The position numbers and the translations under genes are program-made. The notes under the pieces were generated by a model that saw only the letters and a program-made list of their open reading frames with translations, did not search any database and had not been told where the DNA came from. A DNA stretch of 64,000 bases from Lytechinus pictus (Eukaryota), in the NCBI RefSeq assembly GCF_037042905.1, contig NC_087252.1:23314001-23378000 (forward strand), given 5' to 3'. Positions 26,890-39,789 of this stretch are shown here, piece by piece (positions within the stretch are counted from its first letter, which is position 1; the number at the start of each line of letters is the position of its first letter).

Positions 26890-27849
26890 GAGCATTGTTA
26901 TCTCTGAAGGATGAATCTTGCTGGGATCTTGCTTCCTGATACCTGGGCAACTTCTCCAGTGCCCATGTCTACCACAGGCAAAACATTCGTCGGTGGTCTG
27001 AGGCAACTTGCATACCCGCGCCAACTATTTTGTACATATAAGTTGGCGACACTGCCAAGCGAATATCGATTTCTTGACCCAAAGGGTATACGAAATAAGT
27101 TGTCGGAAGTAGTAGAAGAACCTTGAAAATTTCCAACATTCTTGCCCAATATAACCTTTGTTTGTTGAACGAAATAACTTACGCTTTCTATTTACACAAG
27201 CCTGAGCTTGCCTCATTCTTTTCTCCCTCATCAGTATTCATCCAATGCGGACCAACCTAAAATATAAAAATGATCTCTATATATTTATTTGATTAATCTC
27301 CCATAATTAAGTCATAAAGTAATTCCGCTGAAAAACGAACAGCTTCCATTAACAACATAAGGCCATATCTATTATGTACAACCGTTCATAAATTTCAAAA
27401 GCAATAGCCTAGTTTGGAATTTTCATTCATCTTTATCTCACTAACCTGCTTCAGATTCATCTGCTTTTCTGATATGTTTCTTCCTTTTAATTATATCTGC
27501 AATACCTTACTTCAGCAAAGCAAGGGCTGCGCCCGCTGCTTACCTTACTCTAATAAGGCAAATTTCTTATCCAACTCCTCCTGGCGTCTAGAATTATATT
27601 CATATTGAACCTTATTACCTTTCGAAAGACATCTCCGACGCCCTTTTTTAGTTGTAGAAGCTCCGCTGACCCGGGCAATGTATCGAGAATCAACATAATC
27701 AAACAGCCAGCCCAATCTTTAAACGAGCCAATGCTTCCTTTGTAGCATTGCTTACAAGAAGGCGAAGAGACTCCAGATTATTGAGTAAAATTTTCTGAAA
27801 CTGCCTTTAATTTGTGGCATAACCCGAGGTTAATTTCTTGATTCGCCAT
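26890..27849 (-). pseudogene. gag-like ORF of the PAT-like element, with intron 27257-27445 and CCHC knuckle
   Basis: ATG at 27849; KGNKVQYEYN; KHIRKADESEA|GW joined across a GT-AG intron; CFACGRHGHWRSCP near 26945-26990. Confidence 0.75.
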
Positions 27850-29574
27850 TATTTTATATTTAACATCGAATCCAAACGTAGATCTATTACGATAAGGCCT
27901 ATAGAGTTTAACACGTGGAAGAAGCGTTGAAAATAAGACGTCCGTACTGTGCTGTGTCGAACTCGGTCAGTGAATTCCGAATCGTTTAGGAATTCAGACA
28001 CTCCTCACGCAAGCATTGTTATGCTAATCGGATACTTCTGCTAAGAAAAGAAAATGTATTGAATTCAATTCGAAGCGTTGCCATGATTACGTTCAGAACG
28101 GAAACGAGAACGGTTCTGAATGGAAGTTATTTAGAATCTCTGTTCTCTTCTGGTGGCGGTGGTGATCTCTTTCATGGCAACGTCCGCCATAACTGTTTGG
28201 CATAGGCCTCCATGTAAATTGCTCTTTTTTGTCGACGCTTGTGTTTTTTTTTGCCGCACAAAATCCCCACTCAACCATGCTCTATAGGGTAATGCGAGAA
28301 TAATAATTAAAAAAACCCTGAACAATGTGTGCCTTGGTGGAAGCCATCTTAAATCCACCCCTAATAATAGACACATTGTCCAGCCACAAGCTAGCCCAGG
28401 ACTCGACTGAATAGAAATCTCTAACTCAAAAGGTGATTTGGGCCATCTGATTGACCGTACTCTCAGTATTATCGGGTCAGATTTTCACACAAAGTATCAT
28501 GGGTAATATGATATCAATAACGCGTCTACTTTAAACCACTGAGATGAGACCGGAATTCGCGCGCCAAAGCAGAAGTCCGCCATACATAAGCGACGTTATG
28601 ATTATTTTTGCAATGAATGACAGATACGGTAAACTCCGGATCGCATTGTCGAAAGTGTGATTTTTTTTTCAACTTGAAAAATAACCTAGACCCCATCAAG
28701 CAGTTGCAATATATTCAGGTCAAACTTAAATTTGGTCTCGTGTTGTGAACTTTAGTGATTGGAATATGAGATTAATCTCAGATTTTATTTTAATCTATTG
28801 CAATTATTTGTGTGACGTGGTCGATTATTTCTTCATATAATAATAACAAATGATAATTTTTGGTTATTATAAATATCAGCATGATTGCGTTCACAGGTTC
28901 ATTCCCCCGACGTTGCATGGTGTGAAAGGTAAAGTTCAAACCCATCAAAGTGACATGATATGGGACGCAGGTTCGACCGGCCTAATATTAATGCTCATTC
29001 ACATATTTTTGTACCAAATTATAGTTTATCATGCTCCTAAAATTTAACAAAAATCCACTGCCCCCTATCCCTCTTCCAACTCTCACCTTCTCTTTCCATA
29101 CCATTATGTCTATCCTAGTTTCGCCCATGCATGTATACACATCCTACTTTTTAGTTGCTTTCGTCTATGTCCTTCGAAGCACCTTCAAAGTATGCACACC
29201 ATACTGCTTGTCGATTCAATTCCTACCATCACAAGATGTATGCCTGTTATCCTAACTGTTTGGAAAAAAGACCTACAAACACAACAATAAAGACCATCAT
29301 GATCTTGCATTCAAGACCATGGGCGCAAACAAAAAGATCGATCACTTGGGTAGAGAAAGTACTCTGAGATTGTCCGGTCGGAGACAAAAGTTGCTTTATC
29401 TTTTAAGTACACTGTTTAATCTTTCCGTTACACAAAGATAACCTCTGTAGCCTTTTATGAATCACTTCCATTATACCACGCCCTATATACGTCCCAGTAG
29501 GCCTATGCCATGTCGACTATTTTATACCTGGGTACCCCCTCCCCCTTTTCGACACCCTCTCCGAGTGCATATCA

Positions 29575-30690
29575 TCTGATGGAAAGAGCACAGTGTCCCA
29601 ACAGTCTTTTCATAGTGTGTTAACAGTGTGGAACACGATGTGAAGTCACCTTCTCAAAGTCAAAATTGAGCATTTTAACAGTGTGGAACCCGTCTGAACA
29701 TAGTCCACTTTGTGAACACACTGTGAACATTGATCACACCATGGAGATATAAACACTACATGCTCATACTACCGAGATGTCCAAAGTATCGACATCATTC
29801 CCGAATAGTCCCTGACGGAAATAACACAGTGCCCCCACAGTGTGTTCCTAGTGTGGAAACAGTGTGAAATCACCTTCACACAGTCAAATTACAGCATTTT
29901 TCAGTGTGATTAACATCTTCTCATTGTCAACTATCTGAACACACTGTGAACATTCACATCATAGACATCATGCATGCACTCAATGCTCAAACTACCGAGA
30001 TGTCCACAGTATATCGACACCATTCCCGAATCGCCCCTGCTGGAGCTATCACAGTGTCCCACAGTGTGGAGGACAGTGCTAGTGTGAAATTCCCTTCACA
30101 CTGTCAAATGTGAGCATTTTAGCATTGTGCAACACGTCTGAACATAGTCCACTATGTGAACACACCGTAAACATTCACACTGTGCAGCAGGTGCCCGCAG
30201 TGTGAATAAAATCTTCACAGAATTCACAGGGTTCACTATATATGAACACACTGTGAAAATTCTCACTGTAGAGGTGTTCATAGTGTGAATATCATCTTCA
30301 CAGAATTCACTATGTGAACACACTGTGAACATTCACACCATGGACACCATTCACTCCATGCTCACACTACCGAGATGTCCACAGTGTGAAATCACCTTCA
30401 CACAGTCAAATTTCAGCATTTTAAACAGTGTGAAACACGTCTGGACATAGTCCACTATGTGAACACACTGTGAATGCCCACAATATGGAGATGAAATTTT
30501 TTCGCACTGTTGAATTCGAATGTTTTAATAGTGTTCATCATATCTGCACACATAGTTAACTACGTGGACACACTATGAACGCTCTCACTGTTGAGGTATC
30601 CACAGTGTGAAATTATTTTCGCAGTGGTAAATTTGACTAATTTAACAGGGTGTATCGCTTTTTCACGTTGTCCACTTTGCAAAAAACAGT
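29575..30690. repeat. CACAGTGTG-rich internally repetitive element
   Basis: Repeated CACTATGTGAACACACTGTGAACATT and CTACCGAGATGTCCACAG blocks. Confidence 0.75.
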
Positions 30691-32451
30691 GAATTTGCGC
30701 ATTCTAACACTCCATATTATCTGCACTTGTTGATTTACCTCAGTTGATAACTTGATGACGACTTATTTCTATATATTTGATTTATTAATTGTTATTAATC
30801 AATTAGTTATCTTTTTACATGCATTTATTCCTTTTTCTAAATTCTTTCTTTATTCTTACTTTAATTCATTGCTGTCTTCTCCACTCTACATATCTATCTA
30901 TTTTCCATTTCTTCTGGATCTTTTAATCATCATATGAACAAAATATATTTCCATAAGAACAAGATTTCTATTGAAGTGAATAGTGCCCCCAACCCCAACA
31001 TACACAGAAGCATTAGCACAAGAGATAACTACAAATAATCCCCCTTTTAGTTCTGCTATAACATGATATATTATTCACTTAATATTATATTTATGAAGTT
31101 GTCATGAGCGCCTGTAATCCAAGGTACACGAGGAACTTACTAACCGATGCAGAGGTTTGAGATTCGAGCCCCGGGCCATGTCTCTCGGATGACGAGGTAA
31201 AAGTTCGGCCCAGACGTAGATAATATATTTTTGATGCACGTTTGTAAAAATAAAAACAACAACAAAATGCAGGTCACAGAGATACGGTTGAGTGTCCAGG
31301 ACATTACGATTTATGAAGATTACGTTTGGTTCGTAGTTCTGCCGAAATAAAACCGCTTTGGAGCAGACCGAATAAAAAGTCAAATACAGATCAGAGTATG
31401 TTAAGACGGTTTCTCAGTAGTCATTGACTAGTTCCGACTTTTGTAATAGTGTGAACACACCTTAAACATATTATTCCATACAGTAGCTTAATGAGACCAA
31501 AATTTTGAGGGGGTCAAGACATGGCGTATGGGGCAAATTGTCTTCCACACTTTAAGCGAGCGAAGCGTTCGCATTTAATAATTAAAAAAAATCCCTTTTC
31601 AGTACCAAAATCTATTTTTGTGATAGATTTTGACATATCATTTACAAAATAATATCATCACCCCTTTTTCTTTAATTTTTTCCCTTTCTCATTTTTTTTC
31701 GTAGTCGTGAAAATTTTAGGGGGTCGACCCGCATCGACCCGTACGCCAGTAACTCTATACCGTATCTCCCATTTCTCTGGTACGCCTGCAACCTATAGCT
31801 CACACCCAGGCAACAACCTTCCTCTCTTTATGAAAAGTTATTAGACGACAATAAAACTCCTTCCACCACACATGAGGGAGCTTTCTAAGAATTACGAATG
31901 ATAAATGTTAGCCCACTATTTTCTACTGACACTATTACTACCGACAGGTTTTACTCTATAGTTTGTGTAGACAACGTAACGCGAAATAGCTTGGTTTAGA
32001 AGAGGGCACAACTTCCCACACCCATGTATTCTTGGCAGCCATGCCCCAATGCTCCTATTGTCTCGCCAATGATTTTAGACTCGGCTTGCAATCAGGGTTG
32101 GCTTTCTTTTTCGATCCCCTGCACACAGAAGAATAAAAAAGAACATACAATGCCGGTATTATACTCTGGAAGGCGTCTCTGACGATGATTCAGAAGGCTA
32201 TTGATCCCACGTACACACGGCTGGTGCAGCTTCTCCTAATACGTGTACCGCAAAATATGCGAAATTATTTCCACAACAGAATATAATTTTCGGTTGACCA
32301 GCCACACCCCTCACGAAGCGGATAAGATAAGTTATGAAGCCCATGCAACAAAGTTCGACTAGGTTCTGACTGACAGCGGTGTTTCTGGAAAATTTGCAAT
32401 GGGGGAACTTTTTACATGCGCTTTTATATGACATGATCGCTTAATCCACCA

Positions 32452-32462
32452 CATATATAAGG
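32452..32462 (+). promoter_or_regulatory. Candidate TATA box of the distal first exon
   Basis: CATATATAAGG about 90 nt upstream of ATG|GTAAGT. Confidence 0.4.
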
Positions 32463-32543
32463 AGAGAGAGAACATTACTACCAAGTTTGCTCGAGTTTGA
32501 AGTTTGCTTTCAATACTTTTTCATTGGAAGTTTTAGTAAAAAT

Positions 32544-32546
32544 ATG
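32544..32546 (+). CDS. Candidate distal first exon (ATG only) of the acidic TM protein gene
   Basis: aaatATG|GTAAGT; phase 0 matches the exon at 41410. Confidence 0.5.
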
Positions 32547-32919
32547 GTAAGTAAAACAATGGTGTGTAACATGTGATGTATCCTTGTGTAAAACAAGACA
32601 AAGTCCTGTCGTGTTACCGTTCCTTAAATTTTCATACATGCATCATTATGTATATGTATTATTTAATTGTCTGTTATTGAATACTAACCCCGTACTTAAT
32701 CAAGTCCAATATTGAATTACCACTGTAGTGTACTACTTCTTCTTCCTCTGTGTTCAATTCCTCCGTTCACCAGACATGCCAGAGGACTGCAAGCCTCAAG
32801 TTCCGATGTTAATTACCATAATACATGCGTCCACCCTACGCGCAAAATGCATGCATCTTTAATTTTGATAATAACTATAGGAACTTAATAATAAACTTAA
32901 TGTTATACATGTAACATAA

Positions 32920-33460
32920 TAATTAAAGTAGGATCAAGATCTATGATCAGAAGGAAAGACCGGAAGTTACCACAGGTAGTTGTCTTCCGTATACTGATGA
33001 TGATGATTAAGATGATGATGGTGATAATGGTGATGACGGTGATAATGGTGGTGGTGGTGATGATGTTTTAACATGATAATTCAAGTAGGATCAAGATCTA
33101 TCAGAAGGAACGACCGGAAGTTACCACAGGTAGTTCCTTCGTCTTCCGTATACTGATGATAGTGAGGATGATGATGATTAAGATGATGATGGTGATAATG
33201 GTGATGACGGTGATAATGGTGGTGGTGGTGATGGTGGTGGTGATGATGTTTTAACATGATAATTCAAGTAGGATCAAGATCTATCAGAAGGAACGACCGG
33301 AAGTTACCACAGGTATAGTTCCGTCTTCTTCCATATACTTATGATGATGGTGAGGATGATGATGAAGATGCTGCTGCTGATGATGATGAAAATGATGATG
33401 GTGAGGATGATGATGGTAATGATGTTGATGATGATGATGGTGACGGTAATGATCACGATG
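32920..33460. repeat. Three ~75-bp units separated by (GAT/GGT)n microsatellite
   Basis: AAGTAGGATCAAGATCTA..GACCGGAAGTTACCACAGGTA..CTTCC at about 32926, 33083 and 33266. Confidence 0.9.
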
Positions 33461-33767
33461 GTGGTGTGTTCACAATGTGTTCACATATAGTGGAGCACGT
33501 GAAGATATGGTTATTAAAATGCTCAAATGGGAAGATAATTTCGTAGTGTTTGAGTTTCCAGTGTGTTCACATGGAAGACTTTTTTTCACACTGTTAAAAT
33601 ATTCTAAAATTAAAGGTGTGGAAACGATATCATATATTCGGAACCTTATAACATGTACAGAATTTCCACTTTGTGGACTACTGAACTTGAATTGCTCAAA
33701 TTCAAGACTGAATATTTTGTAAAGAACACAATATTACTCTACACAGTGTGTTCACGCAGCTAGTGGA

Positions 33768-33900
33768 GTAATAATAATAATAATATTAATAATAACAATA
33801 ATAATAATAATAACAATGATAATGATAATACTACTAATAATAATAACAATAATAATAATAATAATAATGATGAAAATAATAATAATGATAATAATAATAG
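33768..33900. repeat. (AAT)n microsatellite
   Basis: Direct inspection. Confidence 0.95.
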
Positions 33901-34054
33901 TTATATTAAACATTAATTATAGTATTACTTACATTTATATATCTTTTTATAAGCTTACTTTACATTGCAATGATTATCTCAATATCAAATCAGCCAAAAA
34001 ACTTACACGTTCGGTCTCGAACCAAATATGGAATGGTACGAGGTATTTGTTTAG

Positions 34055-34664
34055 AGGACAAGTCCACCCCAACAAAATGTCTATTTTAATAAAAAGAGAA
34101 AATCCAACGAGGATAACACTGAAAATTTTATCAAAATCGGATGTAAAATAAGAAAGTTATGGCATTTTAAAGTTTCGCTTCATTTCACAAAACAGCCATA
34201 TGCATATCCCGGTCGGTATGCAAATGAGGTCAGTCAGGGAACTGATGACATCACTCACTCCCTTTTTCTTTTGAATTCTATTATATAAAGTATGAAATAT
34301 TCTAATGTTCTCCTCAATGTCCTGTGAAACAAAGTTTTATTTCTCCCTGAACATGTGGAATTACTATTGTTTAACATTATATGGTTCAGTCAAGTTGGTC
34401 CTTATTGTCAAATCTGTAAACATTTAAATATTGTATAATTCAAACAATAAAAAGAAATGAAATAGTGAGTGAGGGACATCATCGATTCTCTCATTTGCAT
34501 GTGACTAAATTGTGCATAAAACTATTTTGAGAAAAATAAGCGAAACTTTAAAATGTCATAACTTTCTTATTTCACATCCGATTTTGATGAAATTTTCAGC
34601 ATTATGCTTGTCTAATTTTTCTCTGGAGATTCAAATCAACATTTTTATGAGGTAGACTTTACCT
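34055..34664 (+). mobile_element. Abundant ~600-bp TTAA-type (Kolobok-like) MITE
   Basis: AGGACAAGTCCACCCC...GGTAGACTTTACCT-TTAA; other copies at 51773-52320 and 62402-63178. Confidence 0.85.
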
Positions 34665-34933
34665 TTAAGGAATTCTTATGCACCAGTGAAAATGTTACTG
34701 ATGTGAACTAAACCCATTGACATTTACACACGGAAAGAAGAGGGTTTACCACTTGACCCATTCACATTACGTAACGTCACTGTGAAATGGATGAAAATGG
34801 TACTTTAAGGATTACGTAGCCGTAGAGGAGTACCTTAAATGACTATGTCAACACACTACCAATAGCAGACGATGGCCGATTCCTCTGTATTCGTATCCCG
34901 ATTGCTTCTCCCTCGTCCTTTTAGTTCTTTAAA

Positions 34934-35142
34934 CCAGGGTTACACCAAAACCGAATTCTCCCGAATAAAGTCGGACCGTGATTTTACCCGAATTCGGGTA
35001 GTCTCGGTGGATTCGAATGTTCCCGAATCCTTCCTGAATTTTCTCCCATTCGTGGAGGGAGAACAGAATACTCCCAAAACCACCGGAATACATGTATTCG
35101 GATGGATTCGCAGCTGATTCGGTTCCGGTGTTACCCGAGCTT
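34934..35142 (+). mobile_element. ~210-bp CCGAAT-rich MITE
   Basis: Ends GGGTTACACC/GGTGTTACCC; inverted copy at 43150-43355. Confidence 0.8.
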
Positions 35143-35199
35143 TACTTATTCAAAACTCTCACGAATTTATGTAAATAGGCAGTTATAAAAGACATTATA

Positions 35200-35945
35200 A
35201 GAAGGAGGGAGCACAAATCAAACTCAATGTTTAGAAAAGTAGAAACGTCGATTTAACTATTACGAAAAGTAGAAACACAAATCAAGCTCTAACTTACACT
35301 CTAAAAACAGAGAGTAAAAACTTACCCACTATCTGGTAGAAAGGGAACTTGCATGTTTGCTGGGTAATTTTTGTTTTCCAATATTGGGCAAAATGCATGT
35401 GTGAAGGGTAAATATCAACGCAACATTGCGTGAAATTTACATAATATTTGGTGTATTTTTACCCCCACAAATACGCATGTTCCCATTTAACTCAATATTA
35501 GGTAAACTTTGTTTAGAGGGTAAGAAGAGCAGAAACACCAATCAGGGTTTAACTTATGAAAAGTCAACACGTCAATCAAACTCTAACTTAAGAAAAGTAG
35601 AAATTACAATCAAACTCTAACTAAAGAAAAGTAGAAACAATAACCAAACTCTAATTTAAGAAAAGTAGAAACAACAATCAAAGTATAACTTAAGAAAAGT
35701 AGAACACCAAACAAACTCTAAGTTAATAAAAGTAGAAACACCAATGAGCTCTAACTAAATTTCTCAGGAAAAGAATAGGAGCACCAATCAAGCTCTAACT
35801 TAGGAAAAGTTGTAACATCAATTTATCTGTAACTTAAGAAAAGCAGAAATACCAAAATATCTCCACGTAAGAAAAGGTGAAACGCCAATTTACATCTAAC
35901 CCAAGAAAAGTAGAAGACCAATCAAAAACCTAATTTAAGGAAAGT
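35200..35945. repeat. ~34-bp minisatellite (AAGAAAAGTAGAAACACCAATCAAACTCTAACTT), interrupted by a CACT-type MITE (~35297-35520)
   Basis: Degenerate head-to-tail units. Confidence 0.85.
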
Positions 35946-37879
35946 CTATATTATAAATGTAAGATATATAGTCTCATTATATAGATCCCACATAAGAAAA
36001 TAAAGAAAATAGTTACTAAAAAGTCAATAAATATATGTACTAGGAATACAAACGCGTTCCCCCCCCCCACACACACACACCCTTCCATGTTCCTAAGAAC
36101 CGCACACTCACACACTCACTGACGAAAAATACTATACCCCTATTATTATAGGAAATGAAATATGAAGTGCAGTGCGAGATACGATCGAACAGACTATATA
36201 TCTGCAACTGTTTTTTTAATTCTTATAATACGTTACATTTCTTCTGTTTCCCTTCATCACTTTGCAATGTAATAATTCTAATTTTATTCTCCCTTCGAGG
36301 GCAAAGTAATATGATATAAGCATGATAAGGATTGTTAAATCGGCAAAACGTTCTCACCATTTCTCTGAATTAAAAAGTGATCCAACGTCGTTAATCCAAA
36401 CGTATACATGGTTAAATGCGCTACGATAAAACGTCTATCGGTCATTGGCCTTGTGCAAACTATATATATGGTGTATCATGATCTCAGACGAAAATGCCTA
36501 CACGGACCGCTTCCTATTACTATTTCTCCCTAGCGCCAGAATAGGGGTTATTCCGATTACGCACGAGTCGCAAACGAATAGGCCTGAAGTAATTTTAAAG
36601 CGACGCTACCAACCCGTCAACCAATGTGCTTGCAAAGGAAATGGTTATGGGTACAAATCCCATGCAGTACTGGGTATAATCTTGAATTGTAGGTACATAT
36701 TTCTTTAAATTAGGGGAAAATTTCGAAGAAATACATTTCCAAGCCTTGATATCCGACTCAAAGACTTCAAAACAAGTTAGGCCTATATGTAGGACAGGAT
36801 TGAAAAGGGACAACCAGTTTTGCGGGGGCATGCACTTAGTCTGATGGGCAAACCCTTCACTCGAGTTAAGGGTCTGAATGTGCAGCCTACTCATGCCTTG
36901 TGTACTGAAGGCTCTCTAGCTCAGGATTGGAACAGCAAATTTTATATGTGCTAGTCTTTGCGTGGAGGCACACTTATTGATCAAAGTTCCAATCAGGGTC
37001 TGTGCCTGCAGACTAGCATGCACTCGACAAGACAACTCGAAAACAGATATATGATCACGATGCTGCAAGGATAACTATTCTGGAACAGGAACAAACTAGA
37101 AAAAAAAAGATCTATCCATCCAACCATCCAGTTTATAAAAGAACCAACCAAACAAGAAGAATGTAAGAAATGTTGCTTTATATGTTCATCTCAGGAAACT
37201 TCTGAAATTAATCAAACGCCACGCCAGAAAAAAAGTGTTTATAAACAAAAATACAAATGTCTTCCTGCCCTTTTATGTGCATTGCTACGAACAAATATTA
37301 TCAGGCTGTAAATAGAGATACTACCAACTGTTTGGTGTCTGCAAATGTGACTGGGCGACGGCATATCGCATTATTAGTCATTACAATGTAACATAACTGG
37401 CTAAAGTATGTTTCTGCACGAATTTAGTTATAAAATGAAAGCTTTGCTATTCATAAACGAAAATAATAGCCATAGATTTTGCTGATTTTATTGGAAGATA
37501 AATGCACATGTATGTACATTTATAGACGTACATGTATTTCGTATAAATCTGAATAGTTCGATTTTTCTATTGACACGATAGGTTTACTCAATTTCTATTT
37601 TTGAAAATGGAAAATGATAAAGAGGCCATACTTTCCTTTTTTTGCGGGGTAAGCTTTTATATAATCTGTGATCAGTCTAGTCTACATTGATAACATAATT
37701 TTAAACGTCTAACATGTTTAAAAATTATTCTATTAACTAGGAACTGCATTTATCTGTTTATCTATATTTATTTGTTTTCTTTATTCTATACTGCAGGGTA
37801 GGCCTGCTCAGTTATGCAAAACTGCTTTCCAAAGGCGCCATGCAGTTTAACAAATCATTCAACATCTTATCAATTCAAT

Positions 37880-38193
37880 GGCCCGTATTCTGAAGTCGGG
37901 TTTAACTTAAACTCAGGTTTAAAGTTGTGGTTTAAGTATGGGAAGCCAAAAGTATCAATTTTTTGTTAAGTTGTATGTTTCTTATGTTTACTGTGCATGC
38001 TCTTTCCTGATTCATCGATGGTGAAGACAATCATCTATTTATACTTCCTAGACAATTATGAATGATTTGAGAGCCAAATAAGCTGAAGTTTGATATTTCT
38101 ACTGTTAGTGATTTATTTAACAATTGGCTTTCCATACTTAAACCACAACTTTAAACCTGAGTTTAGATTAAACCCGACTTCAGAATACGGGCC
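37880..38193. mobile_element. Palindromic MITE with ANT TSD (PIF/Harbinger-related)
   Basis: ~70-bp TIR starting GGCCCGTATTCTGAAGTCGGG; AAT TSD; second copy at 58712-59022 with ACT TSD. Confidence 0.85.
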
Positions 38194-39251
38194 AATGTGT
38201 GTAACATAAAAATAGAGTAAAAAAATAATACATTATATACATTACATGTAGAGTGAATCAACAATTATCATGGAATGATTACATCTATATCAAGTTATTC
38301 AGTCTTATTACATGTATGAAATTCATGCGTATCAAAATATTTCTGAAAATAAAGTATTGGAATGTAAAAGTCCTTCCCCAAACTTACAACCCCTAAATCA
38401 GAAGTAAGCGTATTGTTCTGCCTAGTGGTGCCAAGAGCCCAATTACAACAGGAAGGCAAAAGATATTCCTTCGAAACAACCCATTCGATTTTTTTTTCAA
38501 TTTGATATTGCTGATTGACAAAAGTGTATGAATATGATTGAAAATCTAACACTGATTCTGGAAACGGTAACTAATGAACTTCCTTAGCCAAATTGGGAAG
38601 ATATATCAATGACTTTGGAACTATTTTTCGACTGGCGGAAGAATTAGGGCTATTTTACTGTTTCAGTTGATGAATTTGATCCCATCAGAGTTATCTTCAT
38701 AAATGGCGATTTATTTTTAAAATGAGCTGGCTACGATACCCTTTCTGGTCAAATATGGAATTTCAGATATATATTTTATCCAATGGTAGTAAACATTCGA
38801 CCCTTTGATTTTACGTTTACTTTGTATGAGTTTTTTAAAAGTGCCATTTTAACACACAAGTCTATGGGGAATGTTTTACTCGCGTGACACCTATATAGTA
38901 TTCTGACGTGTTTTACATGGTTTTATGTATTTTTCGTTTTCGTCTTTCATGGATGTCTGCTGAGTTATATAGTTGCATTGTATTCTTTCTATATCCTAGT
39001 GATAGATACATTTTTTACAATCATTTTAATGGACCATATCAACAAAGACCTATAACCCTGACGATTTCCTTTTCGCAGAACCCCATCTATCAAATGACAC
39101 AGATCACTGCTTACACCTAAAAAATATGCGAAATATTTACCCTTTTAGCCAAAAAGAATCAATGCTCACATAAAGAATGTATTGTTACTTGCAATCAAAT
39201 TCGCAATAATTCATTCATTTGGTCTGCTAAGGCAGCGACTGTCGAGGCTGC

Positions 39252-39789
39252 CGCATACATTCGTAATTCCGAAGCTTCGTTATTCCGAAGGTTCGGTTAT
39301 TCCGAAGGTTCGTATTTCCGAAGGTTCGTAATTCCGAAGGTTCGTAATTCCGAAGGTTCGTTAATCCGAAAACGAAATAAGGTTCGTAATTCCGAAGGTT
39401 CGTTAGTCCGAAAACGAAATGAGGTTCGTAATTCCGAAGGTTCATTAATCCGAAAACAAAATGAGGTTCGTAATTCCGAAGGTTCGTTAGTCCGAAAACG
39501 AAATGATTAACGAACCTTATTTCGTTTTCGGACTAACGAACCTTCGGAACAACGAACCTTATTTTGTTTTCGGATTAACGAACCTTCCGAACAACGAACC
39601 TTATAATATTTCGTTTTCGGATTAACGAACCTTCGGAATAACGCCACAAATGTTCGGATTAACGAACCCTTTTTCGTTTTCGGATTAACGAACATCGAGG
39701 TATAGGCAATTTACGTGTTTCGGAATTACGAACCTTCGGAATAAAGAACCTTCGAAATTACGAAGCTTCGGAATTACGAAGTGTAATCG
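39252..39789. mobile_element. Foldback MITE made of TTCCGAAGGTTCGT subrepeats
   Basis: Subrepeats switch orientation near 39506; AGGCTGC duplicated at 39245-39251 and 39790-39796. Confidence 0.85.

Larger units (their letters stand above)
22065..28060 (-). mobile_element. Full-length PAT-like (DIRS order) tyrosine-recombinase retrotransposon with split direct repeats A1-ORFs-B1-A2-spacer-B2; coding-dead
   Basis: A1 27932-28060 = A2 22396-22524 (129 bp); B1 22524-22692 = B2 22065-22233 (169 bp); gag, RT, RNase H, methyltransferase-like and YR remnants in that order. Confidence 0.93.

Noticed and set aside
22065..28060. Classification as Ngaro or DIRS1-type
   Set aside because: Split direct repeats exclude DIRS1-type (ITR/ICR), and the MT-like domain argues against Ngaro; an RT phylogeny would be decisive
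35200..35945. ~34-bp periodic repeat resembling a CRISPR array
   Set aside because: Head-to-tail degenerate units with no unique spacers, no cas genes, eukaryotic context
39252..39789. Regular short repeats and ORFs (NLRNYEP)
   Set aside because: Foldback MITE subrepeats; neither CRISPR nor coding
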